Source: Octopus sinensis (taxonomy: Eukaryota). From it: DNA of 25,405 bases. Position numbers and translations under genes: made by a program. Numbering within the stretch: position 1 is the first letter of the stretch; each line of letters begins with the position of its first letter. Under the pieces are notes generated by a model, which did not search any database, had not been told where the DNA came from, and worked only from the letters and a program-made list of their open reading frames with translations. Of this stretch, positions 1-12,060 are shown in pieces. Where the stretch lies: NCBI RefSeq assembly GCF_006345805.1, contig NW_021836092.1:1-25405 (forward strand). The letters are read 5' to 3'.

Positions 1-22
1 GCAAGTACTCACCCCGAATTTC

Positions 23-54
<32 letters not shown>

Positions 55-204
55 ATATATAAGTAGGCAGTGGTTTAACAATATATTACCGAAAAGGAAA
101 ACTATAACTGTCGATAAATATGACTGAGGAAGTTAGAACACCTACAATGCTAGAAATAAGAGCTAAAGTGCTCTGATGCAGCAGTCAACGCACATAATTG
201 TATA

Positions 205-300
<96 letters not shown>

Positions 301-305
301 ATCTG
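205..305. repeat. (ATCT)n microsatellite
   Basis: Direct read of about 25 ATCT units; source of the IYLS ORF artefacts. Confidence 0.95.
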
Positions 306-405
306 ACAAGATCTGTCAATATTCATCTATTTCTCTCTTTCTCTCTTTCTCTCTCTCCCTCTCTCTGTATATATACACAATATCTTCTGACTCTCTCTCC
401 CTCTG

Positions 406-439
<34 letters not shown>

Positions 440-533
440 TATATATACATATATATATATAATATATATATATATGTAAGTATTATGTATATGTATATCT
501 ATCTATATATATAATATGTAAGTATATATGTAA

Positions 534-577
<44 letters not shown>

Positions 578-728
578 TCATCATCATCATCGTTTAGCGT
601 CCGTTTTCCATGCTAGCATGGGTTGACGGTTCTACGCTAGCATGGAAACGGATGCTAAACGATGATGATGATGATGATGATATATATATATATATTATAT
701 ATATATATATATATATACTTACATATAT

Positions 729-761
<33 letters not shown>

Positions 762-770
762 TATATGTAC
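406..770. repeat. (TA)n microsatellite field interrupted by a fold-back element
   Basis: Long TA runs at about 406-575 and 681-770. Confidence 0.9.
574..681. repeat. Fold-back (inverted) copy of a retroposon 3' terminus with (GAT)n tails pointing outwards
   Basis: Left arm (CAT)5-CGTTTAGCGTCCGTTTTCCATGCTAGC (574-617) is the reverse complement of right arm GCTAGCATGGAAACGGATGCTAAAC-(GAT)7 (636-681), with one substitution and one indel; 18-nt loop. Assignment to an RTE-type 3' end is from recognition only. Confidence 0.8.
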
Positions 771-1149
771 ACACATATCTTTCTGTCTCTCTCCTTTCTC
801 TCTCTATCTATATTAATTTTATGAACTGTAATTTACTGCAATTCATTCTCCTATGTTTTAAAACAGAATATCTACGGTCAATATCTGAATTTGCATTAAG
901 ATTATATCCCCAATTTTATTTTCATTACTTCAAATGTAGTGAGATGCAGATATATATATATTTCGATTATAAATTTACTTATAATGATTGGAAAAAAGGA
1001 TTTTAGACGTTGAAAAGACAAAATAACAGATTTCTAAAAAAAATGAAGAAAAAAGAATGAAATTTGATGAACAAATATTGTTCCAACATAATATTTGTAT
1101 CATAAGATATATCGATCGGATTTAGGTTGAAAATAAAACACAAAAGCAA

Positions 1150-1530
1150 GAATATTGAGAAGAAGAAGAAGAAGAAGAAGACGAGGGGTGGAGGAGGTGA
1201 AGAAGAAAGAGCAGGAGGAGGAGCTGAAGAAGAAGAAGAAGAATGAATGAATGAATGAATTAATGAATGGCTGAATAATAATAGGAAATAATAACAGAAC
1301 AGTAACAAGAACAAGATGGAGGATAAAAGAGGCGGATAAAAGTAGGAAGAGGATGGCAAGTGAGTGCGTAGGCACGGAGAAGACGATGATAGTGTGGAAG
1401 AAGAAGAAGAAGAGACGTCGACGTAGAAGAAAAAGATGATGACGAAGCAAAAAAAAATCAGTACAAGAACATGAAAAACAACAACGAAAAATGTGAGGAA
1501 AAAGAGAAGAAAATAGAAAAAAAAAAGAAC
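1150..1530. repeat. Purine-rich low-complexity region, (GAA)n/(GAAT)n/(GGA)n
   Basis: Direct read; explains the poly-F/S/L ORFs on the minus strand. Confidence 0.85.
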
Positions 1531-1691
1531 CAAGTCAATGTATTTTAAATGCGTAAAGAAACTATATATTTGCACTAAAAAAACTCAACCGAAGAATATA
1601 ATAACTTTTGCTGTTTATCACGGTGAGTTACTTAATGGTATTTAGTTAAATCAAAGTTCGAACCTTGCTAGCGTCGATCTTGCCTTTCATT

Positions 1692-1908
1692 AGGCGGCGA
1701 GCTGGCAGAAACGTTAGCACACCGGGCGAAATGCCTAGCGTTGCGCTCTGAGTTCAAATTCCGCCGAGGTCGACTTTGCCTTTCATCCTTTCGGGGTCGA
1801 TAAATTAAGTACCAGTTACGCACTGGGGTCGATGTAATCGACTTAATCCGTTTGTCTGTCCTTGTTTGTCCCCTCTATGTTTAGCCCCTTGTGGGCAGTA
1901 AAGAAACA
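1692..1908 (+). mobile_element. tRNA-derived SINE, family A, full length, 15-bp TSD
   Basis: A-box-like GAGCTGGCAGAAACGTTAG, B-box GAGTTCAAATTCC, central GTCGACTTTGCCTTTCATCCTTTCGGGGTCGATAAATTAAGTACCAG (possibly Meta-type domain, unverified). TSD GATCTTGCCTTTCAT at 1676-1690 and 1909-1923. Several homologous copies in the window. Confidence 0.9.
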
Positions 1909-1945
1909 GATCTTGCCTTTCATCGTTAGCAATAACGTGGCACGT

Positions 1946-2267
1946 TCAACGGAACAGCCTGCTCGTGAAATTAACGTGCAAGTGGCTGAGTACTCCTCAG
2001 ACACATATACCCATAGTGTAGTTCTTGGGGGGAGATTCAGCGTGACACAGAGTGTGGCAAGGCTGGTCCTTTCAAATACAGGTACAACAGAAACAGGAAG
2101 GAAAGAGTGAAAGTTGTGGTGAATGAGTACAGCAGGGTTTGCCTCCACTCGCTGCCGGAACCTGGTGGAACTTTAAGTGTTTTTGCTCAATGAACACTCA
2201 CAACGTCCGGCCTGGGAATCGAAACCGCGAGTCCTTTGCCCTAACCACTGGGCCATTGCGCCTCCAC
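1946..2267 (-). mobile_element. tRNA-derived SINE, family B, diverged with 3' end truncated
   Basis: Minus-strand head TGGAGGCGCAATGGCCCAGTGGTTAGGGC...GGTTTCGATTCCCAG (A and B boxes); aligns by eye to 3062-3446 and 14796-15150. Confidence 0.88.
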
Positions 2268-2310
2268 ATCGTTAACAATAGACATAATAGGTATCAGTCA
2301 AGTACGACCT

Positions 2311-2434
2311 TTTGTTTTCTGCAGCAATGATCATTCCTCTCTAACTTTCCTCATCTTTTTCTATCCATTTCTCTCTCTCACACATACATATATATATATA
2401 TGTATATATGTATGTATCTATATAGCTCTCTCTT

Positions 2435-2495
<61 letters not shown>

Positions 2496-2558
2496 GGAAG
2501 AGCGTAGGCTCGAAACGTTAAATACTTTTCACTTCCCGAGCGTTATACTAATACATCT
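2311..2558. repeat. Composite local duplication: copy of 2905-2950 fused to copy of 6168-6471
   Basis: 2311-2355 matches 2905-2950 (about 2 mismatches); 2352-2558 matches 6168-6471, including the CT/TA microsatellites and the GAAGAGCGTAGGCTCGAAACGTT segment; junction overlap CATC. Confidence 0.85.
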
Positions 2559-3061
2559 ATGCCCTATCCAAAGTCTCTCTTTTTTTCATTGTATCCCACA
2601 AGTTCAACTTCGCCTTCTTTCATCCCTGTGCACGATTGTTGTAAAGGCAAATCTATCGGAAATCTTCAATGCTACTCATTAGTGGTCATTCGTCCTTAGA
2701 AATTTAATGAAAACGTAGTTAGTAGCTTGGACATTAGTCAAGTTTCAACCGTTTTTGGTGTAGCAATCTTCTCTTAAAGTTTCTTGATATAAACTTCATC
2801 TGCCTTTTGTCACTTGTGTTAGTGAAGCTCTCTCTCATTCCCTACCTCCAAACTTTATCAATTCTGGGATAACACACTTTTCCCGACAAATCAAAGATAT
2901 ACTCTTTGTTTTCTGCAGCAATGATCATTCCTCTCTAACCTTCCCCATCCAAGTATCGTCTCTTTGTACCTTAGATAGCTTGTACCAAAAGCCCAAGAGA
3001 ACTCTAAAATATAACATGGAATAGCGCCAATCATGTCATTTTTTATATCCAAAACACAATA

Positions 3062-3446
3062 TGGAAGCACTCCGTCGGTTACGACGACGAGGGTTCCGGT
3101 TGATCCGAATCAACGGAACAACCTGCTCGTGAAATTAACGTGTAAGTGGCTGAGCACTCCACAGACACGTGCACCCTTAACGTAGTTCTCGGGGATATTC
3201 AGCGTGACACAGAGGGTGACAAGGCCGGCCCCTTGAAATACAGGTACAACAGAAACAGGAAGTAAGAGTGAGAGAAATTTGTGGTGAAAGAGTACAGCAG
3301 GGATCACCACCATCCCCTGCCGGAGCCCCGTGGAGCTTTAGGTGTTTTCGCTCAATAAACGCTCACAACGTCCGGTCTGGGAATCGAAACCGCGATCCTA
3401 TGACTGCGAGTCCGCTGCCCTAACCACTGGGCCATTGTGCCTCCAC
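3062..3446 (-). mobile_element. tRNA-derived SINE, family B, full length, 14-bp TSD
   Basis: A/B boxes at the right-hand end; TSD TCCAAAACACAATA at 3048-3061 and 3447-3460. Confidence 0.92.
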
Positions 3447-3677
3447 TCCAAAACACAATAACTGTTCATATCAAGGGAATATTATCGTATGCCATCTCGC
3501 CGGCTCTAGTTACATGAACGACATGAAACCAGACCCTCGTGAACATTTCAGATGTTGCATATCTCCACCGAAGAAAATCCTCGAGGTGAACCATCATCCC
3601 TCAAGGTAGTAAAGACTGCATCGCAAAGGTTACATTTTCTCTTCAGAGTTTAAATATTGCTTTAGCCCCTGACTGGA

Positions 3678-4064
3678 TGGAAGCACTCCGTCGGTTACGA
3701 CGACGAGGGTTCCGGTTGATCCGTATCAACGGAACAGCCTGCTCGTGAAATTAACGTGTAAGTGGCTGAGCACTCCACAGACACGTGTACCCTTAACGTA
3801 GTTCTCGGGGATATTCAGCGTGACACAGAGAGTGACAAGGCCGGCCCTTTGAAATACAGGTACAACAGAAACAGGAAGTAAGAGTGAGAGAAATTTGTGG
3901 TGAAAGAGTACAGCAGGGATCACCACCATCCCCTGCCGGAGCCTCGTGGAGCTTTTTAGGTGTTTTCGCTCAATAAACACTCACAACGCCCGGTCTGGGA
4001 ATCGAAACCGCGATCCTATGACCGCGAGTCCGCTGCCCTAACCACTGGGCCATTGTGCCTCCAC
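3678..4064 (-). mobile_element. SINE family B, second copy made by tandem duplication
   Basis: Near-identical to 3062-3446; carries only the right-hand TSD copy. Confidence 0.92.
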
Positions 4065-4294
4065 TCCAAAACACAATAACTGTTCATATCAAGAGAATAT
4101 TATCGTATGCCATCTCGCCGGCTCTAGTTACACGAACGACATGAAACCAGACCCTCGTGAACATTTCAGATGTTGCATCTCACCACCGAAGAAAATCCTC
4201 GCGGTGAACCATCATCCCCAAGGTAGTAAAGACTGCATCACAAAGGTTACATTTTCTCTTCAGAGTTAAAATATTGCTTTAGCCCCTGACTGGA

Positions 4295-4396
4295 TGGAAG
4301 CACTCCATCGGTTACGACGATGAGGGTTCCGGTTGATTCGAATCAACGGAACAGCCTGCTCGTGAAATTAACGTGTAAGTGGCTGAGCACTCCACT
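4295..4396 (-). mobile_element. SINE family B, 3' fragment in third array unit
   Basis: Matches the first ~100 nt of 3678-4064, then is deleted. Confidence 0.85.
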
Positions 4397-4914
4397 GACA
4401 TTTTCTCTTCAGAGTTAAAATATTGCTTTAGCCCCTGACTACTACAAATTGGTCTCTAAAAAAAAAAAGCAGAAAGAAATGATGAGATCAACAATAAAGT
4501 ACTGCTCCTGTGTAAGGGGCTATGTGCTGCTGCTACACATAGAGACAACCTAGTCTGTATCTAAAGAAAGGCCAATCGATTAAGTGAAAGAGTCACCCAC
4601 AAACACACCCTAAATCTCTGACTAGCATTCGTGTTGTCTCATATCTGTTTTTTTTTCTGTTCACTTCGGCGATGTTTGACTTCACGCCATCTCCTCTAAG
4701 ATACACTCGTTCACATCCCAATCTCACTACCCTTATTATATCCATCACACACTTCAGGTCACCCATTAGCCACTACAGCCAGTCCTTCATTATGAGAAGA
4801 TCGACCCACTTTGGTATTTTCTTCCAGTTTTCTTTTGCAGTCTTCGAATTACACCAATTTAAGGGACAACTTTACCGGTACAATTTTCACTGATTTCGAT
4901 GTGTTTGTACAGGC

Positions 4915-5248
4915 TAAAAAAAAAAAGACTCCGCCGGTTACGACGACGAGGGTCCCAGCTGATACGATCAACGGAACAGCTTGCTCGTGAAATTAACGTG
5001 CAAATGGCTGAGCATTCCACAGACACGTGTACCCTTAACGTAGTTCTCGGGGATAATCAGCGTGACACAGAGAGTGACAAGGCTGACCCTTTGAAATACA
5101 AGTACAACTCATTTTTGCCAGCTGAGTGGACTGGAGCAACGTGAAATAAAGTGTCTTGCTCAAGGACACAACGCGTCGCCGGGAATCGAACTCACAACCT
5201 TACGATCATGAGCCGAATGCCCTAACCACTAAGCCACGCGCCCTCACA
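4915..5248 (-). mobile_element. tRNA-derived SINE, family C, 11-bp TSD
   Basis: Head GTGAGGGCGCGTGGCTTAGTGG...GAGTTCGATTCCC; body GTCCTTGAGCAAGACACTTT (CORE-like, unverified); 3' half shared with family B. TSD TTTGTACAGGC at 4904-4914 and 5249-5259. Confidence 0.9.
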
Positions 5249-5737
5249 TTTGTACAGGCAAGCTTTCACTAAATAACCCCACCGCAAAACATTCAAATAA
5301 ATATGCGTTTACTTTTTTTTTTAAATTACACATATATATCATTTCCTTTCTGCTTAAGAATCTATTGTTATTTTATTTGATTGTAGTTTTCTATAGACTC
5401 CTTGCCTTCTTATTTCAAGAATATTTCTTCAAAGGTAGCAATGAATACTAGTCAAAGAAACAGATATACAAAACACAATCTTGTATAAAAATAACGGCAA
5501 AACAAATAAAACTGCGATTCGAGAAAAGAAGCTTAGGAAAAAAAAATTCCCTGTCTTATGAAGAACGATTTTCTTTCTTTTATCTTCGAGATGATCACTG
5601 GAACCACAAATACCTTGTGTATATAATCAAATTTTACTGTTTAAATGTAAACTTAATTTATGTTATCGCTGTTTCTGAACAAGAAAGTAACAAACAAGAA
5701 AATAATAGGAAATAAATGGCGATTTACAATTCTTATA

Positions 5738-6075
<338 letters not shown>

Positions 6076-6199
6076 CATATAGATGTATATATATGTGTAT
6101 GTGTGCGCGCGTGTGTGTGTGTCTGTCAGTCTGTATATAAATATGCATATCTGTAAGCATATATTTACATCTTTTTCTATCCATCTCTCTCTCACATAC

Positions 6200-6230
<31 letters not shown>

Positions 6231-6247
6231 TCTATATAGCTCTCTCT

Positions 6248-6295
<48 letters not shown>

Positions 6296-6322
6296 ATATA
6301 TATATATATATTATATATATAT

Positions 6323-6391
<69 letters not shown>

Positions 6392-6393
<2 letters not shown>

Positions 6394-6495
6394 TTGTTTC
6401 CCTCTGTGGAAGAGCGTAGGCTCGAAACGTTAAATACTTTTTCACTTCCCGAGCGTTATACTAATACATCTGTTTGTTGTCTACACCACCTGTCG
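6392..6495 (+). mobile_element. Penelope-like terminal-repeat fragment with degenerate hammerhead motif
   Basis: CTGTGGA-A-GAGC-GTAG-GCTC-GAAAC-GTT; homologous to 2496-2558 and 18851-18976; flanked by (TA)n. PLE assignment inferred from the motif. Confidence 0.55.
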
Positions 6496-6510
6496 TATAT
6501 ATACGTATAT

Positions 6511-6578
<68 letters not shown>

Positions 6579-6607
6579 CACAATCTAGATATGTTTGTCT
6601 TTGTGTC

Positions 6608-6752
6608 CTGAGTTCAAATTCCACCGAGGTCGACTTTGCCTTTCATCCTTTCGGGGGCGGTAAAATAAGTACCAGTTGTGTACTGGGATCGATGCAATCG
6701 ACTTACCCTCATCCCAGAAATTGGTGGCCTCTGGTTAAAATTCAAACCCAGT
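6608..6752 (+). mobile_element. SINE family A, 5'-truncated
   Basis: CTGAGTTCAAATTCCACCGAGGTCGACTTTGCCTTTCATCC matches 1692-1908. Confidence 0.85.
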
Positions 6753-6980
6753 ATGTTCATAGGTTGATTCTACTTCGCATTACATAAAGTTTCGTAGGCG
6801 CAGATAGAAACCACACAGAATGAGGGTGACAAGTGTTGTGTCGGCGTACGGACAGCCTTTATGGAGCCAAGTAACACCCCATGTGGCGCTGAATGTTAAC
6901 AGCGTCAGAAGCAATGACGTCAGCTTGGTATCCGTCCATGTTACAACCAGGGAGGTTGGCGGCTGGACTTCTGCAAGCTA

Positions 6981-7382
6981 TTACTCTTTTACTTGTTTCA
7001 GTCATTTGACTGCGGCCATGCTGCCGCACCGCCTTTAGTCGAGTAAATCGACCCCGGGACTTATTCTTTGTAAGCCCAGTACTTATTCTATCGGTCACTT
7101 TTGCCGAACCGCTAAGTGACGGGGACGTAAACACGCCAGCATCGGTTGTCAAGCAATGCTAGGGGGACAAACACAGACACACAAACACACACATACATAT
7201 ATATATACATATACATATATACGACAGGCTTCTTTCAGTTTCTGTCCACCAAATCCACTCACAAGGCATTGGTCGGCCCGGGGCTATAGCAGAAGACACT
7301 TGCCCAAGATACCACGCAGTGGGACTGAACCCGGAACCATGTGGTTGGTAGACAAGCTACTTACCACACAGCCACTCCTGCA
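6981..7382 (-). mobile_element. tRNA-derived SINE, family D, full length with internal (TA/CA)n
   Basis: Minus-strand head CAGGAGTGGCTGTGTGGTAAG...GGTTCCGGGTTCAGTCCC, then CTTGGGCAAGTGTCTT, tail ...CATGGCCGCAGTCAAATGACTGAAACAAGTAAAAGAG. The 5' end is tandemly duplicated (CACAGCCACTCCT at 7367-7379 and 7381-7393). Confidence 0.88.
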
Positions 7383-7695
7383 CAGCCACTCCTCCTAGGA
7401 GACTTTTTGGGAACAACTTGCATTGGAGTACAAGTGACGTGATTGGAGTTTCATATTAGATGCACAAACGGTTTGTGTAGTGTTACTTCATTGATGAAGG
7501 AAGCTAATAACCAAACAATCAACTCAGAGTTCTCAACTGACTGAAAGGTACGCAAGAGATTCTTCAAGTGCAGACTAACTTTTTATAGGTTAGGGGGTCA
7601 TTTGCATGGCGCTCAATTTCAACTGCTTGGATACGTACACAGACAACAAATTTGTGATTTGCACGAACCGTTTCGATAGAATTAGAATTTATATG

Positions 7696-8027
<332 letters not shown>

Positions 8028-8350
8028 GGCTCCTGTGATTCGAATTAATTCCGACCAGAGGCCATTTACTTTGACAATCGAGTAAAAAAACTTTGCACAA
8101 TAAAGTAGTTCAGATTGTGAAACCGAGGAGCAAAATCGGCTGCATTTAGAACAACCGCAAAGTAGCAAGGGTTGACCCTATCAAAAGCTTTCGATTGATC
8201 CAGATTGATTAAAGCACTGCTGACCACAGGTTTACTACTCACTTTCTCTACGACGTATCGCATAAGTGGCGGCTGTAGTTTATAGATCTGCTTGGGATCA
8301 CACAGTTATTCGCTTTCTTGTCCAGACTACCGACGACAAGCGCTAAAATG
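8028..8350 (-). pseudogene. Decayed reverse-transcriptase fragment of a Tx1/L1-type LINE
   Basis: ORF 8066-8263 has ALINLDQSKAFDRV (RT motif LD.xKAFDRV); after a frameshift it continues SIVKVNGLWSE, matching the V.VNG..S motif that precedes GVRQG. Confidence 0.8.
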
Positions 8351-8886
8351 TGAATGGACAGAAATTTATCAGCTACCTCCTTCACTCCGTCTTCAAAGTG
8401 GCAAACTTAAATATCAGCTACTTCAGTTTTTACTCAGTTTTACTCATGATATTAAAGAGCTTTCTCTGTTGCCTATGTGTCTAACATGATTTCATGTTAT
8501 AACCCTCTTTCCCATATTTCTGCATTTCGACGACGTTTTTTAATGTGTAATTCTCACAATTGGCAACAACGAACCTCCCCAAACTATACATAAATAATAT
8601 ATTGAATTTATCAGTCCACACTGCGCAAACCTGGACAAAAACCCCCATCAACGACAGGTACATGAAAATAATAGCAGCAGTAAAACCCAACAGTGAAAAT
8701 TTTTGTATTATACCATAAATGTTAGAAATAACAGATTAAGAAAATCAGGGGAAAATCGAATAAATTATACATTAATCTACCATAGTTTTTATCTTCGATT
8801 TTGTTTCAAAATTAAATAGAGAAACTAAAACAGATTTCGATGTAGGAGAAAGTAATATATATATATATGTATATGTATATGATATG

Positions 8887-8932
<46 letters not shown>

Positions 8933-9438
8933 CTTACATATATATATCTTTCATTTGGACACTTACCATGCACAAAAACTATATCTAATGAAATGAATTA
9001 TTTCAAGATTCTATTTAAAAAAAAATATATTAAATAAGACCAAGTGAAGATAATTGTACGTTTTACCCGCAGTAATTGCATTTTCTTGTTCTCATTGATA
9101 TTTCTTTTGCAAATTCAAGCAATTTTTTCTTTATAAATTTAATATACTTTAAAGCCAAAATATTTCCAATTTCTGCTCAATATTATAGCGTGCCACAGAA
9201 AAACTATAAACATAATTTATTTGTTATTTGTTTACATATTTTTATAAAACGTTTTTTCTGTATATTTCCCCAATGTTTATTTGGTTATATCAGTCACAAA
9301 TTTTATGATTTCGATAAGAAAATTATGGGATCCAATTGTGCTAGCTCTTCATACGCCGAGGTAAATAAACTTTATGGGTGATTTATATAAATTTATATAT
9401 CACACAAGAGGATATTACTAAGCTTGTACACACATACA

Positions 9439-9519
<81 letters not shown>

Positions 9520-9737
9520 AATATATATATATATATATATACCTAATATATATATATATATGCAGATATATATGCATATATGTATATGTATATACATATG
9601 CATATATATATGATTATATATATGCATATATATATCTGTTTATATATATGCATATATATATATATATATGCATGTATATGTAATACATATGCATATATAT
9701 GCATTATACATCATAATAAAATACATAAATACATACA

Positions 9738-9826
<89 letters not shown>

Positions 9827-10297
9827 CTTTGAATGTTTATACTTGTGTGTTGTTCAACGTGGGTATTCTTTTTTAAATGTTTCTTATCGGTGATTCAACA
9901 TTTTCAGCAAACACACTTCACACAAACCTATACAGTTTAAAAGACCTTGTGCCAATGTAACTAAATGAATACATCTTACGACTGTGAAGAACATCATTGA
10001 ACAAGTTCAGACGACGACGCATTCTGATGGTACAATTATCGTTTGTTCAATGTGGCAAAAACTCTTTGAAACCAGACATGATTGTCGTAAATGTGCATTC
10101 GTTCGCATTTAAAATGCAAGAGATTTTTGTCTTAAAAGACTGAACTTCGTTTTGTGAAAAGTCAATCCGTTTACAAATATTTAGAAAGGAAATTATCAGT
10201 GAAATAAACCAGTTCTATCTACTCTTCCATTAGCGCGGCAAATAATATATTTTAGCAAAAACATCCTTTCTTTTGGAATTCACATGTATTCCTCCTC

Positions 10298-10335
<38 letters not shown>

Positions 10336-10690
10336 TATATATATATTATATATATATATATATATAATATATATACAAAAAAGCATGATTTGACAGCGAG
10401 GAGAACACATCAACTTCAATAACAACAATGTGAACAATAATAACTAAAAAAACTAAAAAAATATTTCCAGAATTTGGCTTAAATACTAACACCGATGAAA
10501 GAAAGAGTACTCATGAGTGAAACCAAAATATACGATGCCAACCTCAAACGACAAGCGAAAATGTTAGAATTATATTTAAATCTCATTGTTTCGACTTTTG
10601 ACTATTCTATCTTTCAAGAATCTTTACTACACGTAATATTTATATATTTTAAAAATTAAGTATATGTTACCATGTTATATCAAAGTATCT

Positions 10691-10912
10691 TATTTCTTTA
10701 TTGCACACAAGGGGCTAAACATAGAGTGGACAGACAAACGGATTAAGTCGATTAGATCGACCCCAGTGTGTAACAGGTACTTAATTTATCGACCCCGAAA
10801 GGATGAAAGGCAGAGTCGACCTTGACGGAATTTGAACTCAGAACGTAGCGACGGACGAAATACCGTTCAGCATTACGCCCGGCGTGCTAACGTTTCTGCC
10901 AGCTTGCAGCCT
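10691..10912 (-). mobile_element. SINE family A, full length
   Basis: Reverse complement of the 1692-1908 type over its whole length. Confidence 0.9.
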
Positions 10913-11094
10913 TGTATTTTACCTCTGTGAGGGACATTCACAAGCCGTGATAGAATTTATTGGATGTAAAAATGTTTAATTTAAAATTTTGATTTATAAT
11001 TTGAGTCAGAGCATATAACAAAAAGTGAGCGTAATTTCATAGGTTTTGTGGTTATGTATATCGTGGTGCTAGATTTCTATTTAACAGTCCTTTA

Positions 11095-11405
11095 TAATCC
11101 TAGCCCCCCAAAAGCACGCAGATCCTATTGACCAGTTTCCTTTGCTCTAGTTTGTCCTCCATCATCTCTGCAAGGTTTGTGTCTTTTAGCAGCCGTTGCA
11201 CATATACCTCTTCTTTTATTATGTACTGGTTTCCATAGCAATTTTTGACGGACAATTTCATCGTTTCTTTGCAAAAACCGTCTAAACTAATTTGATCTCT
11301 GTTGTTTGATGCTTTCTGTTAATAACAATACCTTTCCATATAATAAGCTGTTTGTTAAGTACCGATCCCCCAAAACGATCTTCATCGTTCTCAGCATGTT
11401 GTTGC
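11095..11405 (-). pseudogene. Heavily decayed ORF C-terminus of an RTE-type LINE
   Basis: Manual translation with stops and shifts: MLRTMKIVLGDRYLTNSLLYG...KLLWKPVHNKRRG...YVQRLLKDTNLAEMMEDKLEQRKLV, resembling the RTE C-terminal pattern TN..LYG / LLW.P..G / Y...L..DT / MEDR..W. Confidence 0.6.
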
Positions 11406-12029
11406 ATGTTTATTTAGACTAATTCTCACTAATTCTAGAATTGTCCGGCATTTAGATCTCTATATAATTTATAACCGATTACAACTATATGGAATTGACC
11501 ATGAATTGATTTAGCTGTATTGTACATGCGCACACAGTACGTTGCCAGTTTCAACTACAAAGTCGGTGCTACCCTATCCACACAGGCAACTATTCTCTCA
11601 AATGTTTGTAGTCACCTTTCGACTTAATTCTTTTAATATAATAATTTTTATTAATCAGCTAGCTGAATACAAATATTTGATCATAGTTTGTAAAAAAAAA
11701 TTCATTAAGTTAAAGAAATAATTAATCAAGAATAAATATAAAAGTTTTAAAACTATATATATATCAAAACAAAATTTATAATTATCTATATACGTGTTTC
11801 ATTTTCGCTTTCTGCAGGTGCATTTTCATAATAGAATAACAAGTTTTCTAACGTTTCCATTACAATGTAAAATGAAAAATGTGACCAGTTTTCACCTGTT
11901 GGGACAGTTATAAATTCAAGCTGCGAATATATAATTACACTATTGCATAAAGCTGCTCTAAGCCATTTCAATATATTTCCTATTACTCTTTATAAACTTT
12001 AAATTATTTCATTCCGATAACTTCACAAG

Positions 12030-12060
<31 letters not shown>

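Larger units (their letters stand above)
3061..4440. repeat. Tandem array of a ~616-bp unit (SINE B plus ~230 bp flank): two full units and one internally deleted unit
   Basis: ATGGAAGCACTCC starts at 3061, 3677 and 4294 (periods 616 and 617). The third unit jumps from CACTCCAC(T)GACA to ACATTTTCTCTTCAG and ends at CCCCTGACT (4440). Confidence 0.95.

Noticed and set aside
2560-3045. Coding-like purine-rich minus strand (e.g. GMIIAAENKEYIFDLSGKVCYPRIDKVWR)
   Set aside because: Multiple stops and no motif I recognise.
3061-4440. CRISPR-like repeat-spacer array
   Set aside because: Units are 616 bp with identical intervening sequence and the context is eukaryotic.
4480-4800. Possible decayed APE endonuclease on the minus strand (LMGDLKCVMD...FT*S...LD...VDH)
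   Set aside because: Only loose resemblance to GD(F/L)N, with many stops; not supportable without a profile search.
1843-5144. Similar ORFs such as MVVIPAVLFHHKF... and STEQPAREINVQVAE...
   Set aside because: They recur because they lie in SINE B/C copies, and their frames are not conserved between copies.
6910-7610. CRE (TGACGTCA at about 6915), reverse CCAAT boxes and octamer ATTTGCAT (about 7600) as a promoter
   Set aside because: Short motifs expected by chance; no linked gene or transcription start evidence.
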